Shown piece after piece: positions 39,154 through 50,820 of a stretch of 64,000 bases of DNA. The stretch's first letter is position 1, and every line of letters begins with the position of its first letter. The position numbers were made by a program, and so were the translations under genes. The notes beneath the pieces are model-generated. The model did not search any database, was not told the origin of the DNA, and was given only the letters and a program-made list of their open reading frames with translations. The stretch is from Azolla caroliniana (taxonomy: Eukaryota > Plantae > Polypodiophyta). Location of the stretch: NCBI GenBank assembly GCA_043228905.1, contig JBHGNT010000007.1, positions 5,456,001 through 5,520,000 on the forward strand. Reading direction: 5' to 3'.

Positions 39154-39750
39154 GTTGGTGTCGTGGTGATTTGTGGCTTTTTCCACCAAATCGAGGCGGC
39201 ATTGGAGGTTCCTTCCGCCAAATCGAGGCGGCATATCCAACGCTCCGTCCACCATTGGAGGTTCCTTCCACCAAATCGAGGCGGCATATCCAACGCCCCC
39301 TCCATCCATTCGAGGTTCCTTCCATCCGTTTTTTTTATTTTCAGTACTAAAATGTTACATTTCTTCATATTTCAGTACAAAAATTTTAGAACTGACAATT
39401 GTCATATTTGATATGTAATTCTAATGTTTGAAACGAAATATCTTTCACTTTGCAGGCCACATTTAAAAACATTTGATTTGGTGTCGTGGTGATTTGTGGC
39501 TTTTTCCACCAAATCGAGGCGGCATTGGAGGTTCCTTCCACCAAATCGAGGCGGCATATCCAACGCTCCGTCCACCATTGGAGGTTCCTTTCACCAAACC
39601 GTTTTTTTTATTTTCAGTACTAAAATGTTACATTTCTTCATATTTCAGTACAAAAATTTTAGAACTGACAATTGTCATATTTGATATGTAATTCTAATGT
39701 TTGAAACGAAATATCTTTCACTTTGCAGGCCACATTTAAAAACATTTGAT
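39154..39750. repeat. Direct duplication upstream of the transposase with repeated CCACCAAATCGAGGCGGC motif
   Basis: 39154-39478 is repeated at 39478-39750 with one internal unit fewer. Confidence 0.85.
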
Positions 39751-39830
39751 TGTGTTTTCTTGGTTGAGTCTATATAACATTAACTACTTTTGCAAGCCAC
39801 TTAATTTTTGCGGATAAATCTAGTGACCGA

Positions 39831-42800
39831 ATGGGGGTTCCTAACGAGAGTGAGTTGTCAAGTAACTCATGCATATCTGAAAGGACTAAGAGACGAGTGG
39901 TTCTTCACATAGTCCGTTATTTGGTAGAAATAACAAAGAGATTTAGTGAAGAGGATCGTAGGGATATTATCTGTAGAGTGTTACACCATCAAAGTTTGAA
40001 TGAAGACATGGAGAGAATAAAATTTAGGGACCAATGTGTTTCAGAAGAGATTGTAGAGTCTATGAAGTCATCCCTAGACTTAGTGAAAGGTGTAGAGAGC
40101 TTAGACAAACTTGCTGCAAAGAGGGCAGCCCTACACATGGTTGTGAACGGTGCGAGAGGAAAAAAATATAGTGATACTAAAGTTGCCTTAGCCCTGGGTA
40201 TTCAAAGAAGGAACTTGAGGAAACATCGCCAAAATATACACTCAAACAAATTCAAGTGGATGGGGTTGGGACGTAGACGACGATGTGATGCCTTATCTCA
40301 AGAGATTATTGAGAAAGTGGATTCATTTTGGGCCAAAAATACGCGTGTCTCACCAAATAAGAAGGACGTGTGTAGACAACGAATAAGTCAGGGTAAGTAC
40401 CAGATTCACCCTAGACACTTCTTGGAGATGACAGAGGTATTCCATTTTTTTATATCATTTCACATTCCATAACTTTGTGTTTTGACCAACTGTATATTAA
40501 TGTTTGCTATATATATTGGTTGATGTAGGCTGAATTGTACATGAACTTTAAAGATCAACATCCAAGCTTGACTGTTGGATTCCGCAAGTTCCAAGGTTTG
40601 AAACCATTTTATGTTAGAAAATTAAATGAGAGGAATACATGTTGTTGTGTGTACCATGTGAAGATGGACATGTTAAGGCTAGCCGTGAATGCAATGCGTA
40701 CTGATTGTAAGGGTATACACGGGGAATTATGTGTCTGCACTTGTGAGATATGTAGACCAAATGGGGAGGATAATAGGTGTAATGCACGAAACATGACTTA
40801 TGCATCTGTTTCTGAGCTATGGAGGTCTTGTGTTTGTGAAAAAGAACCATCATGTGAGTGGCATCGTCGTACATGTCTATTAAGAACATGTAAGGTTTGT
40901 CCGCTACCATTATTTTGTATGCAGGAGCTTGATTTGGGAAACAGTCATATCGTGAAATGGAAATATTTAGAGTATGTGACTGAAAATATTGGCAAGGGAG
41001 TTGTAACTAAGCGTATCAAGGAAGTATATAAGGAGACATGTGCTGCTACCCTTGTCTCAGAATTTAAGAAACAACTTGGGGAGTTCATTCCACATAACTT
41101 CCGGAGTTATTGGCAAAATTCACAATTCAAGGAATGTATTAATAACTTACCAACGGGTGTCATCGTATCTGTTATTGACTTTGCAGAAAACTATACATTT
41201 AAAGTTCAGAATGAGGTTCAATCAATGCATTGGTACAATGATCAATGTACAATACTTGTGCATATTTGCTATTGGAGGCAAGACGGTGAGTTACATAAGA
41301 AATCAATATTTTACATTTCAGATGATAAAAAGCATGATACACTATTTGTTCAACATTGTTTTAAGCTTCACCATGCAGATTTATTTTCTCTAGGGGTAAC
41401 CTTTAACCGTCATTGGGTTTGGTCTGATGGTGCTGCCTCGCAGTTTAAGGCGGCACGATCGTTCTACTTTATCGCCAGGTAATTTTTAATCCATATGTTT
41501 AGTACTTACCATGCAATGTGTAAGGAAGTAATTCTTGTGTTAGTGCATGCATACTAATTATGTTTGTAATTATTAACAAACAGTACTATTCACATGGATG
41601 CATACTAATTATGTTTGTAACTATTCGAATCTTGCACTTGTGAATGGATGCATGCATACTAATTTTGTTTGTACTATGTTTTAATCCATGTGAAGGGTTC
41701 TCCATAGACACATTGTACTATGTTGTGTGTTGTATCTGTACTATGTTGTGTTTACAGGAGGATGTAAAGTACTCATCTTGTACTCATAGTATTGTCCGTC
41801 CTTAAGAGCATTGTACTAAGTATGTTTTAATCCATGTGAAGGGTTCTCCATAGACACATTGTACTATGTTGTGTGTTGTATCTGTACTATGTTGTGTTTA
41901 CAGGAGGATGTAAAGTACTCATCTTGTACTCATAGTATTGTCCGTCCTTAAGAGCATTGTACTAAGTATGTTTTAATCCATGTGAAGGGTTCTCCATAGA
42001 CACATTGTACTATGTTGTGTGTTGTATCTGTACTATGTTGTGTTTACAGGAGGATGTAAAGTACTCATCTTGTACTCATAGTATTGTCCGTCCTTAAGAG
42101 CATTGTACTAAGTATGTTTTAATCCATGTGAAGGGTTCTCCATAGACACATTGTACTATACAAGAGGATGTAAAGTACTCATCTTCTACTCATAGTATAA
42201 ACCATACTAAGTTAGTACTAAGTTATATCCATACTAAGTATCGATTAATCAATGTGAAGGGTTCTCCATAGACACATTGTAGTATGTTGTGTGTTGGTTC
42301 TGTACTATGTTGTGTTTACAAAAGGATGTAAAGTACTCATCTTGTACTTATAGTATTGTCCGTCCTTAAGAGAATTGTACTAATTATGTTTTAATCCATG
42401 TGAAGGGTTCTCCATAGACACATTGTACTATACAAGAGGATGTTAAGTACTCATCTTGTACTCATAGTATAAACCAGACTAAGTTAGTACTAAGAATTGT
42501 ACTAAGTATCGACTAATCAATGTGAAGGGTTCTCCATAGACACATTGTACTATGTTGTGTGTTGCTTCTGTACTATGTTGTGTTTACAAAAGGATGTAAA
42601 GTACTCATCTTGTACTTATAGTATTGTCCGTCCTTAAGAGAATTGTACTAATTATGTTTTAATCCATGTGAAGGGTTCTCCATAGACACATTGTACTATA
42701 CAAGGGGATGTAAAGTACTCATCTTGTACTCATAGTATAAACCAGACTAAGTTAGTACTAAGTTATATCCATACTAAGTTAGTATTAAATGGATGCCAGT

Positions 42801-43759
42801 ATTAATGGAAGTGTAGTACTCTCTATTGACAACATAGTACTAATTTTGTTGGAAACCTGAGTTACAAAAGCAGGTATTTCTCCTTATTCAACATTCGTAT
42901 GCAATGGAATTACTTCGGGTCTGGACATGGAAAAGGAGAGCATGATGGCGCGGGGGCTGTGATCAAACGTGCCCTTACAAGTGAGCAGTTGGATAATAAT
43001 GGTGCTAAGCTACAAAATGCACATGATGTTGTGCAGTGGCTAACATGGAAGATGTCAAATGATGGTAAGAACAGATTGTTTGTTGAAGTTCGCGCTGATG
43101 AGGTCGATAGAACTAAATCATATGGTTGTAAAACCGTGAAAGGCACACGCAGCACCCATTGTGTGTTAGGGTTTAGCCGCAAGGACACAACACAATTGTT
43201 ACTACGTAGTTTATCATGCTTTTGTTCCATGTGTATAGATGAAGCTTGGGATAAATGCATCAACCTATCAATCGTGGAGCCCTGGAAGTTGCAGAAGCTT
43301 GAGCCTGAACGACAAGATGATATTGAAGATGATGTGCATTCAAACGATATTGTATACTACAACCAAAATCAAGACTTGGCAGTTTTATTGGAAGTTGGAG
43401 ATCATTTTGCAGTGCTCAAATCTCCTCAGAATGAAGATTTAGAAGACTACTACATTGTGGTGTGCAAGCAAGGAAAGACATTATTGAAAGAAGTGGTGAG
43501 GGATGGCTGGGGCAACAATTTCAACGTTGGTGAGTCTGTCGTGTATGGAAACTATTATGCAAAGTTGCCGCAGTGCAAGAACACATATGCATTACTAAAA
43601 GAAGCACCCATCGCAATAATCTACGCTGATGCCATTCTTGCGATCAAATTCAATATGACTCAAGCAAAGCACAAGGTTAAGGGATACAACACTGTCTACA
43701 AGGTCCCCCAAGAGGTTCATGAGCACATATTAGGGGAGGTCTCTCTATTTAATGCTTGA
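39831..43759 (+). CDS. Spliced DDD-type transposase, Sola2-like, predicted 813 aa (exons 39831-40436, 40529-41478, 42874-43759)
   Basis: GT-AG introns join in frame with no stops. Motifs VIDFAENY, VQSMHW, SDDKKHD, WSDGAASQFK and GHGKGEHDGAG. Cys-rich CCCVYH region and C-terminal SCFCSMC. Confidence 0.85.
41675..42780. repeat. 146-bp-unit tandem repeat in transposase intron 2 (about 8 units, later ones variant)
   Basis: Units start at 41675, 41821, 41967 and 42113 (TATGTTTTAATCCATGTGAAGGGTTCTCCATAGACACATTGTACTA...). Confidence 0.92.
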
Positions 43760-43901
43760 AAGTCACCCTCTCAATACATTGTACCCTCTCAATACTTGGA
43801 GTTCACTATTAATTTTGATGATTGACAAATGAATTGATATATTTCATCTTTCTTCTAAAGTGTTTATGCCTGTCAACCACTTGTACTTATCTTTCATAAT
43901 A

Positions 43902-44485
43902 TATTAGTTGTTGTCAACAAGACTTGGATTTCTTCATTGCCGATATTGCTCATGTTTCCTGATGTTATTTGAGCATAGAAGTTTTGCAGAGCCATGGTAA
44001 AATGAGTAAAAATATTGTATATCTTCTTGATAAAGTCTAGATTCATTGCCGTTGGTGTGTCCTCTGTAGGCACATAAATCTGTAAGTTGAATTCAAATTA
44101 TGACTTTAATATTGTAAGATTTTATACTGTAAGTTCATTCTTCAAGAAGCAAATGTGCAATGAAGCCTCAAATTCCTTAACAAAATAATCCAACTCCTGA
44201 AACAATAATTTGTGATAGCTCAAAAAGGGGAGTGTTTCCTTACTACTGTTAGTGGATAGTTCATCCATTGGGATGATATCATCAAAATATGGCCCACATT
44301 GCTTCAACAATTTGCACAAATTCTGGTTACCCTCCAAATGGGATTGATGAAACAGTCTATACTTCAATAACACCCGATATTTTCTGTTTATCATCATTAA
44401 CACCTGAAAACCTAAATTTTCCTAGCAAGCTAAGAAGAATTTCAAGCATTTTATCTACAACAGACTCAAAGACTTGGCAACTCAT
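43902..44485 (-). other. Possible additional small cargo gene or extra exons of K
   Basis: ORF 44122-44403 can splice over a 48-nt GT-AG intron in frame to IYVPTEDTPTAMNLDFIKKIYNIF...TNIL*. No recognised domain. Confidence 0.35.
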
Positions 44486-44679
44486 CAGGAGATGATCTCA
44501 AAAAAGAAACAAAACGTTGTAAAAAGAGGAATACTTAGATCAAAAAGTATATTCCCATTGTTTCTACAAAATACAGAAGTAGAATTTTGACATTGGCAAT
44601 TGAAACAGTATTTTGGTATCCAAATAGAGGTATTTCAGACATCACTAACAGCTAAAGTTCAAGTACAATCGGAAGAAAA

Positions 44680-47600
44680 TCAGGCACTAGAGGGTAACTT
44701 GGCCGATCTTGTAATGCGCTTGTTGTTGGTGCCAGATTTTACATTCTTCTTTATCTTAAAGCCTTTAGGTATGAGCTGACTAAGTGGCACTTCATCATCA
44801 GAGGCATCAGAGATAGGCGTGGATGCGCGGGCACCTTGTACTGGTGGCAAGCTTGAGAGAGCAACTGTGTTTTCTGCAACTGCAATGCTTGTACACAAAT
44901 CCACAAAGGTGCTGTCGATAGTCAAATTATCACTCATCTTTATTCCCCTATCATCATCAATGATGCCTGTACACTCGTTCTTATTAGACTCCTGTATGTG
45001 GACTATGGCAGTAGTCATGGTCAACTCCTCTTGTACGGTGGCTGTCAACTCATTCTTAAGACTACGTGTACAATCAGGCTTATCTGTACAATCAGGCTCC
45101 TCATGTGATTCTGTACAATCAGGCTTATCTTCAGGGAAAGCGATGTTCTTTCCACGATCCATTTGGGCATTCTCAGTACAATCAAGCTCCTCTTCATTAC
45201 TAGCAATGTTCTTTCCATACTCCTCATCAGAATCTTTAGACAGTACTAGCACATTATCAGTAGACACTACTAACACATTATCAGTACAATCAGTCTGCTC
45301 TTCAGTACTTGCCATATTCTTTCCACACTCTTCATGGGCTTCAGTCTTCTCTTCAGTACTTGCCATATTCTTTCCACACTCTTCATGAGCTTCAATCTTC
45401 TCTTCAGTACTTGCCATATTCTTTCCAGAGTCTTCATAGGCTTCAATCTTCTCTTCAGTACTTGCCATATTCTTTCCAGACTCTTCATGGGCTTCAATCT
45501 TCTCTTCAGTACTTGCCATATTCTTTCCACACTCCTCATGGGCTTCTTTAGACATACTGTTGTTTGGACATGCCAGCTGCTCTTCACATATGAATGCTTC
45601 GTTTTTCTCACAATCCTCATGTGTGGAAGATGTGCTTCCAGAATCTGCCTCCGTGGAAAGGTTAATCCCAGAATCTGACTCTGCACTTGTGCTCCATGAA
45701 GTTCCCGATTCAGGCTGCTCTTGTAAACCTAATTAATGGGATTCCAAACAATATTAGTATCAACTCACATACTCAAAAGTTTGCAAACAATGAACATAGG
45801 GTTTTGGGCCACATTTTTACCTAATGTTACATGGTCATACTGTACAGCCGTAGATACCCCATTGCAAGTGGTGGGCTCGGTCATCTTCTCCACAACATCT
45901 AGGTGCTCAACAGTGTTGCTATGATCTATAGAATGCACCAAAAGCAACAATATAATAGGGTTGTTATGAGCTAAATCATTGTTTTCAAAGTCTGGCTTTT
46001 GACGTTTACCTGGGAGTGTGATAAATTCGTCTTCACGATCAGGTTTTGAACTCGTATCTCCGTCACCAAATATCATTTCGTCATCAGCTAGCAACACAAG
46101 TACATGGTATTAGACAATGGATTAGGTTGACAACGCTCCTGACAGGTGAGAACTTATATGACTCACCATTGCATTCAACTTTCCTTTTCTTGCCGTTTCC
46201 ATACAACATTCTTGCAGCATTTCTCTTCTTACTGGGCTCTATTTCTAAAGACACATCATTTCTCTTCTTAGTGGGCTCTATTTCAAATTGTTGACCGGAG
46301 CTTGGGGAATTTGTTTGTAGAAGCATATGTTCCACTGCTCCAATGGCCCTTCTCATACATTCATCCTCATCATAAAAATCATAGGTTATTGGTAATGATG
46401 GTCCCTGAACCTTGGAATGTGCGGCAGATATTGAGGGTTTAGGCACAGGGGCTGGTAGTTCCATGACCTTCCCTGGCGTGGAGTTGCTTGACACTACGAC
46501 ATTCATTGCAAGAAACAAAAAAACGTTGAACGTTAGTACCATCATCTAAAATATACAATGTAGGTCACAATGTACTCCTCACATAGTTCCTAATTTACTG
46601 AACTAGTACTAATAAGGAACAATGTACTGCTCACTTAGTTCCCAATTTACACAAGTAGTACTAATCATGCACAATATACACAAGTAGTACTAATCATGCA
46701 GAATATACTACTCACTTAGTTACCATGTTACACAAGGAGTACTAATCCCGAACAATGTACCACTGTACTAATCATGAACAATGTACTACTCACTTGTTTC
46801 CTAAATTAGTGGACTAGTACTTATAAGGAACAATGTACTGCTCACTTAGTTCGCAAATTACACAAATAGTACTAATCATGCACAATATACACAAGTAGTA
46901 CTAATCATGCACAAGTACTAATCCCGAAAAATGCACCACTGACTTTGTCAAATTTATAAGTAGTACTAATCTTGAACAATGTACTACTCACTTATTTCCT
47001 AAATCACTGAACTAGTACTAATCCCGAACAATGTACTGCTCACTTAGTTCCCAAATTACACAAATAGTACTAATCATGCACAATATACTACTCACTTAGT
47101 TACCAATTTACACAAATAAGGTACAAATCTAGTACTAATAGGGAACAAAGTACTACTCAGTTCCCAAATTACAAAACTAGTACTAATCATGAGCAATGTA
47201 CTACTCACTTAGTTACAAAACTATTACTAATCATGAGCAATGTACTAGAAACTTAGTTCACAAAGTACAAAACTAGTACTAATCATGAACAATGTAGTAA
47301 TTACTAAGTACTAATCCAACAAATGTAGATTGGTATTTTGCACACAAGTAATACTAAACGTGATATGTGTTCTACACACCTAGTTACATAACTTGTACTA
47401 ATTACACCAACAGTATTGAACTTGAACAGTATTAGTACTAAACGTGATATGTGTTTCACACACCTCATTTCCAAATTACAGAAACTGTACTATTATTCAG
47501 CAATTTAAGTGACACCTTGTTCCCAAATTACATTACTAGTACTAATTTCCAAGTTACACAAACAATACTAACAGTCAACAGTGTACTATAAGTATAGTGT

Positions 47601-49181
47601 TTACTAAACTAATACTAGGCAAGTTACAATATAGATTGGACGATGTTGTACCTGGTTCCCTTTTAGTACTACTAATTCTGGAAAATATCCCTTCAACTAA
47701 CTACACATACCAATTATATATTAAGAGTACTGCCAATACTATCCCATTGTTGTTAGAGATACACTAATACTAATCCATTGTTCTCCTAAATTTTAAGTAT
47801 GAATTGTGGCATACACTAGTTCTAGTCCAAATGATAATTGACATTATATAATACAAACAATAGAATAGTAGAGCCACATACCGTACGGGTGTACTTTTAA
47901 ACCCCAAGCATAGTACCACTCAGCCGCAATTGTAGTTTTACAGTCCATACATGTATTCTCTTTCTCAAAATGATACTTAGCACATAGCACATGATATGTG
48001 TGCAAGCATGGTGTAATCACAACATCCATAGCCTCCAGCTTGAATCCGAGGCCACAAAATATACACCTGGAAGATTGCAAACACAAGTTATAATATATTA
48101 GCTGCTCACTTATTTATACCATAAAAGTAGAAATAAATAACTTTTAAAGCTAATACCGTGATATAGCTATACTAGTAATGGTACTTTCTATACCACTTGG
48201 GTGCTCAATTACAGATGGACACAAAGTATCAAAACCATTATGTTTTAAATCCTGCATCAAGCATGCAAGGTTCTCAGAATGCAACTTTAAGGCTGACAAC
48301 TTATTATCTATTTCTTCATGTGCATTCCTGCAAGTATCAAGGTCTGTCATCTGTGAATGTAATTGAGCACCCATATTGTTCAGCTCTTTCTTCAACTCCT
48401 CTTTCAACACCTCACTTTCTGAATTTTGGATTGTCGATGCAATCCATTCATATGTAGTCTTTATTGAAGAAAATTTCTTTTCTGCCTGTATCTCAGCTGA
48501 TTTAACTGCTTCCAAATCAGCAAGTAGTGCTTGTATTCTTGAGCTCATAGAAGCTATGCAACCAACCATCATCTGTTCATGTTTTTCAGTCATTGTGGCC
48601 CGTACCTTTGCCTCTAGAACTTGTTGGACAGGTGTTGTAGCTGGAATATCCACATGAGAGGTTCCAGATGACTTCAAGCCAGTGTTGGTACTGGAGGACC
48701 CTTTGTAATGTTCTGACCGGTGCCGATTAAAATCTTCCCAATTAACGTCGATGCCACCTTGAACTTCACATGCAAAAGCACGTGCAAAAACAGTACCCAC
48801 CTCATTGTTAGTGATTTGATTTGTATCATAAACATGTTCGTATCTCGTCTTCAATAAATTGATGTATTCCCTCTTCAAACCACTCATGTGGAATCCTCGC
48901 CTTGTGTCGGGATGTGCTGACCCCCAGGTTTTTAACAACCACTCTCTCAGCTCTGGGTAAACGTCAGGTCGTGCCCGAAGGAAATAATTCCATCCAAGAG
49001 GTGTGTCTCGACTGATGGACTGGTACTGCCAGGTCTTCTTTCTCTGTGTTGATGAATTCATCACCCTTTCTCTTGTGGGTGTCTTCTTGCTTTCTTTCAT
49101 GGGTGTCCTTCTTCCTTCCTTCACTGGTGTCTTCACTTTCTCTTTCATCAATGTCTTCTTTATGGGTGTCCTTCTCGTCAT
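44680..49181 (-). CDS. Cargo gene of K: basic N-terminus, coiled coil, RING-H2, acidic 21-aa repeats, predicted 922 aa (exons 49181-48157, 48066-47882, 46493-46167, 46087-46010, 45925-45821, 45728-44680)
   Basis: Five GT-AG introns, all phase-compatible. RING-H2 CIFC...CLHTYHVLC...CMDC. The start codon and the small introns are predictions. Confidence 0.72.
45290..45545 (-). repeat. 63-bp coding tandem repeat, 4 copies (AHEECGKNMASTEEKIE-type)
   Basis: Visible in the DNA and in ORF 44680-45555. The unit length is approximate; the peptide period suggests about 51 bp. Confidence 0.7.
46560..47600. repeat. AGTACT-rich degenerate tandem repeat in the large cargo-gene intron
   Basis: Recurrent TAGTACTAATCATG...ACAATGTACTACTCACTTAGTT. 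Confidence 0.85.
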
Positions 49182-50109
49182 TTTCCTAGTCAACACAATT
49201 CTCATCAACACATAGCAAATCAATTACCATCAACACATCGCAATTACCATCAACACATAGCAAATCATCACATTGCATGTACAAACCACATGTACAAACC
49301 ACATAGCAAATCATCACATTGCAAATCAACACACAATAACCCTAAATAGTCAAACACACAGAAAATAAAACTCATCCATGTCAAACACACAGAAAATAAA
49401 AACAGACGAATAGGAAAGTCAAAGAAAACGAAAACTTTGTAAATCATCATAACCAACTCCATCACATCGCATGTACAAGCCATGTCCAACATACAAAAAC
49501 CCAAAATAGTAGGAAAAAAACTCATCCATGCCAAACTCACACAAAATAAAAACAGATGGACATGAAACATTAACAAAACAAAAACATAGCAACTCATCAT
49601 AGCCAACTCCATTTTGGCCACATGTACAAACATGTCTAACACACAACCACATCGAACAAAATATTGTGATACATTTTTAAAAGAAACACAGAGAAACACA
49701 GAGAAAACAAAAACATACCAGTTGGGCATGCAACACATAGACTATGAATAATCAAAACCTACAAATGGTCATACACATACAAATAAAAAACAGACAGAGA
49801 GGAAACATTCAGAAAAAGAATACATACCAGTTGGGCATGCAACACAGAGAATACCTGGAGGTCGCTAAACTTGCAGAGGTACCACACCGTCTTGATTTCG
49901 ATACCTTGGGAGACAAACGAGAAAACTTCAGGATGACAAACGAGCAAAACGTCAGAGGCTGCTGCAGAGGAGACAAACGAGCAAACTTCAGAGGCTGCTG
50001 CAGAGGAGACAAACTTCAGAGGCTGCTGCAGAGGCTGCTGCGTATACAGAGTTCAGAGATCGAACCTGGCACAGAGGGGAACACAAGAACAACAACAACG
50101 GGGAAACAG

Positions 50110-50314
50110 AGAATCGAAGGTGGAGTGAGAGAGAGAAACAGAAAGAAAGAAAGAAAGAGACCTTCGAAGGTGGAGTGAGAGACAGAGAGAAACAGACCTT
50201 CGAAGGTGTCTGTCTGACAACTTCGAGGTAGAAGAGAGAGAGAGAGAGACAGAGAGTGAGTGAGAGACAAAGAGAAACAGACCCTCGACGGTGTCTGTCT
50301 GACAACTTCGAGAC

Positions 50315-50364
<50 letters not shown>

Positions 50365-50453
50365 CAGACAGACAGAGAGACAGAGAGACAGAGAGTGAGT
50401 GAGAGACAGAGAGAAACAGACCTTCGAAGGTGTCTGTCTGACAACTTCGAGAC

Positions 50454-50495
<42 letters not shown>

Positions 50496-50510
50496 GAGAG
50501 AGAGACATAC
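50110..50510. repeat. (GA)n-rich repeat block with palindromic ACCTTCGAAGGT units, probable promoter/5' UTR of the cargo gene
   Basis: Several (GA)n runs separated by AGACCTTCGAAGGTGTCTGTCTGACAACTTCGAG. Confidence 0.8.
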
Positions 50511-50794
50511 CAACTGACACGTTCGACTACCAATACCAGAGAGAGAGAGATTGACACTGACCACCTGTCACAATGGAAACCTTCTCCAGGTGTGCTTTCG
50601 TACAACTCTACCTAGGAGACTGGGGCAACACTTAATGCATTAAATATGGCCTAGGGACATTCGAGTGTGACGTATAATATCTTTGAACATTCGAGTGTGA
50701 CGTAATGAATTTGTTTTTGGTTTTTTGAAATTTATTTACAATTTTTAATGTTTCTTTTCTTCTTCGATTTAGTACTAAATTTTTGGCCAAAAGT

Positions 50795-50820
50795 TGGTAC
50801 ACCGTAGCATGCTTCGACCC
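50795..50820 (-). repeat. Right TIR of K
   Basis: Reverse complement reads GGGTCGAAGCATGCTACGGTGTACCA. Confidence 0.93.

Larger units (their letters stand above)
38647..50820 (+). mobile_element. 12,174-bp TIR DNA transposon K, Sola2-like, with cargo gene(s)
   Basis: TIRs match 24/26, GGG...CCC termini, 4-bp TSD ATCT (38643-38646 and 50821-50824). The empty site GACATCTAGCTG is present in Copia I at about 11590. Confidence 0.93.

Noticed and set aside
41675-42780. Regular repeat array beside a Cys-rich nuclease-like ORF as a CRISPR or guide array
   Set aside because: Whole 146-bp units are repeated with no unique spacers, and the array lies within a GT-AG intron.
43860-44420. Ulp1/SUMO protease cargo in K
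   Set aside because: No HW or Q..D.CG catalytic motifs in the frames I translated.
49268-50605. Long minus-strand ORFs rich in Leu/Ser or Phe/Cys
   Set aside because: They are translations of (CT)n microsatellite and T-rich intron-like sequence.
38647-50820. K as CACTA, hAT, MULE, piggyBac or Helitron
   Set aside because: No CACTA end or 3-bp TSD, no 8-11-bp TSD, the TSD is ATCT rather than TTAA, TIRs are present, and there is no Rep/helicase.
50632-50820. C-terminal extension of the 885-aa Copia ORF, and the N-terminus of ORF 37404-38696
   Set aside because: These are read-through into the termini of K, not Copia protein.
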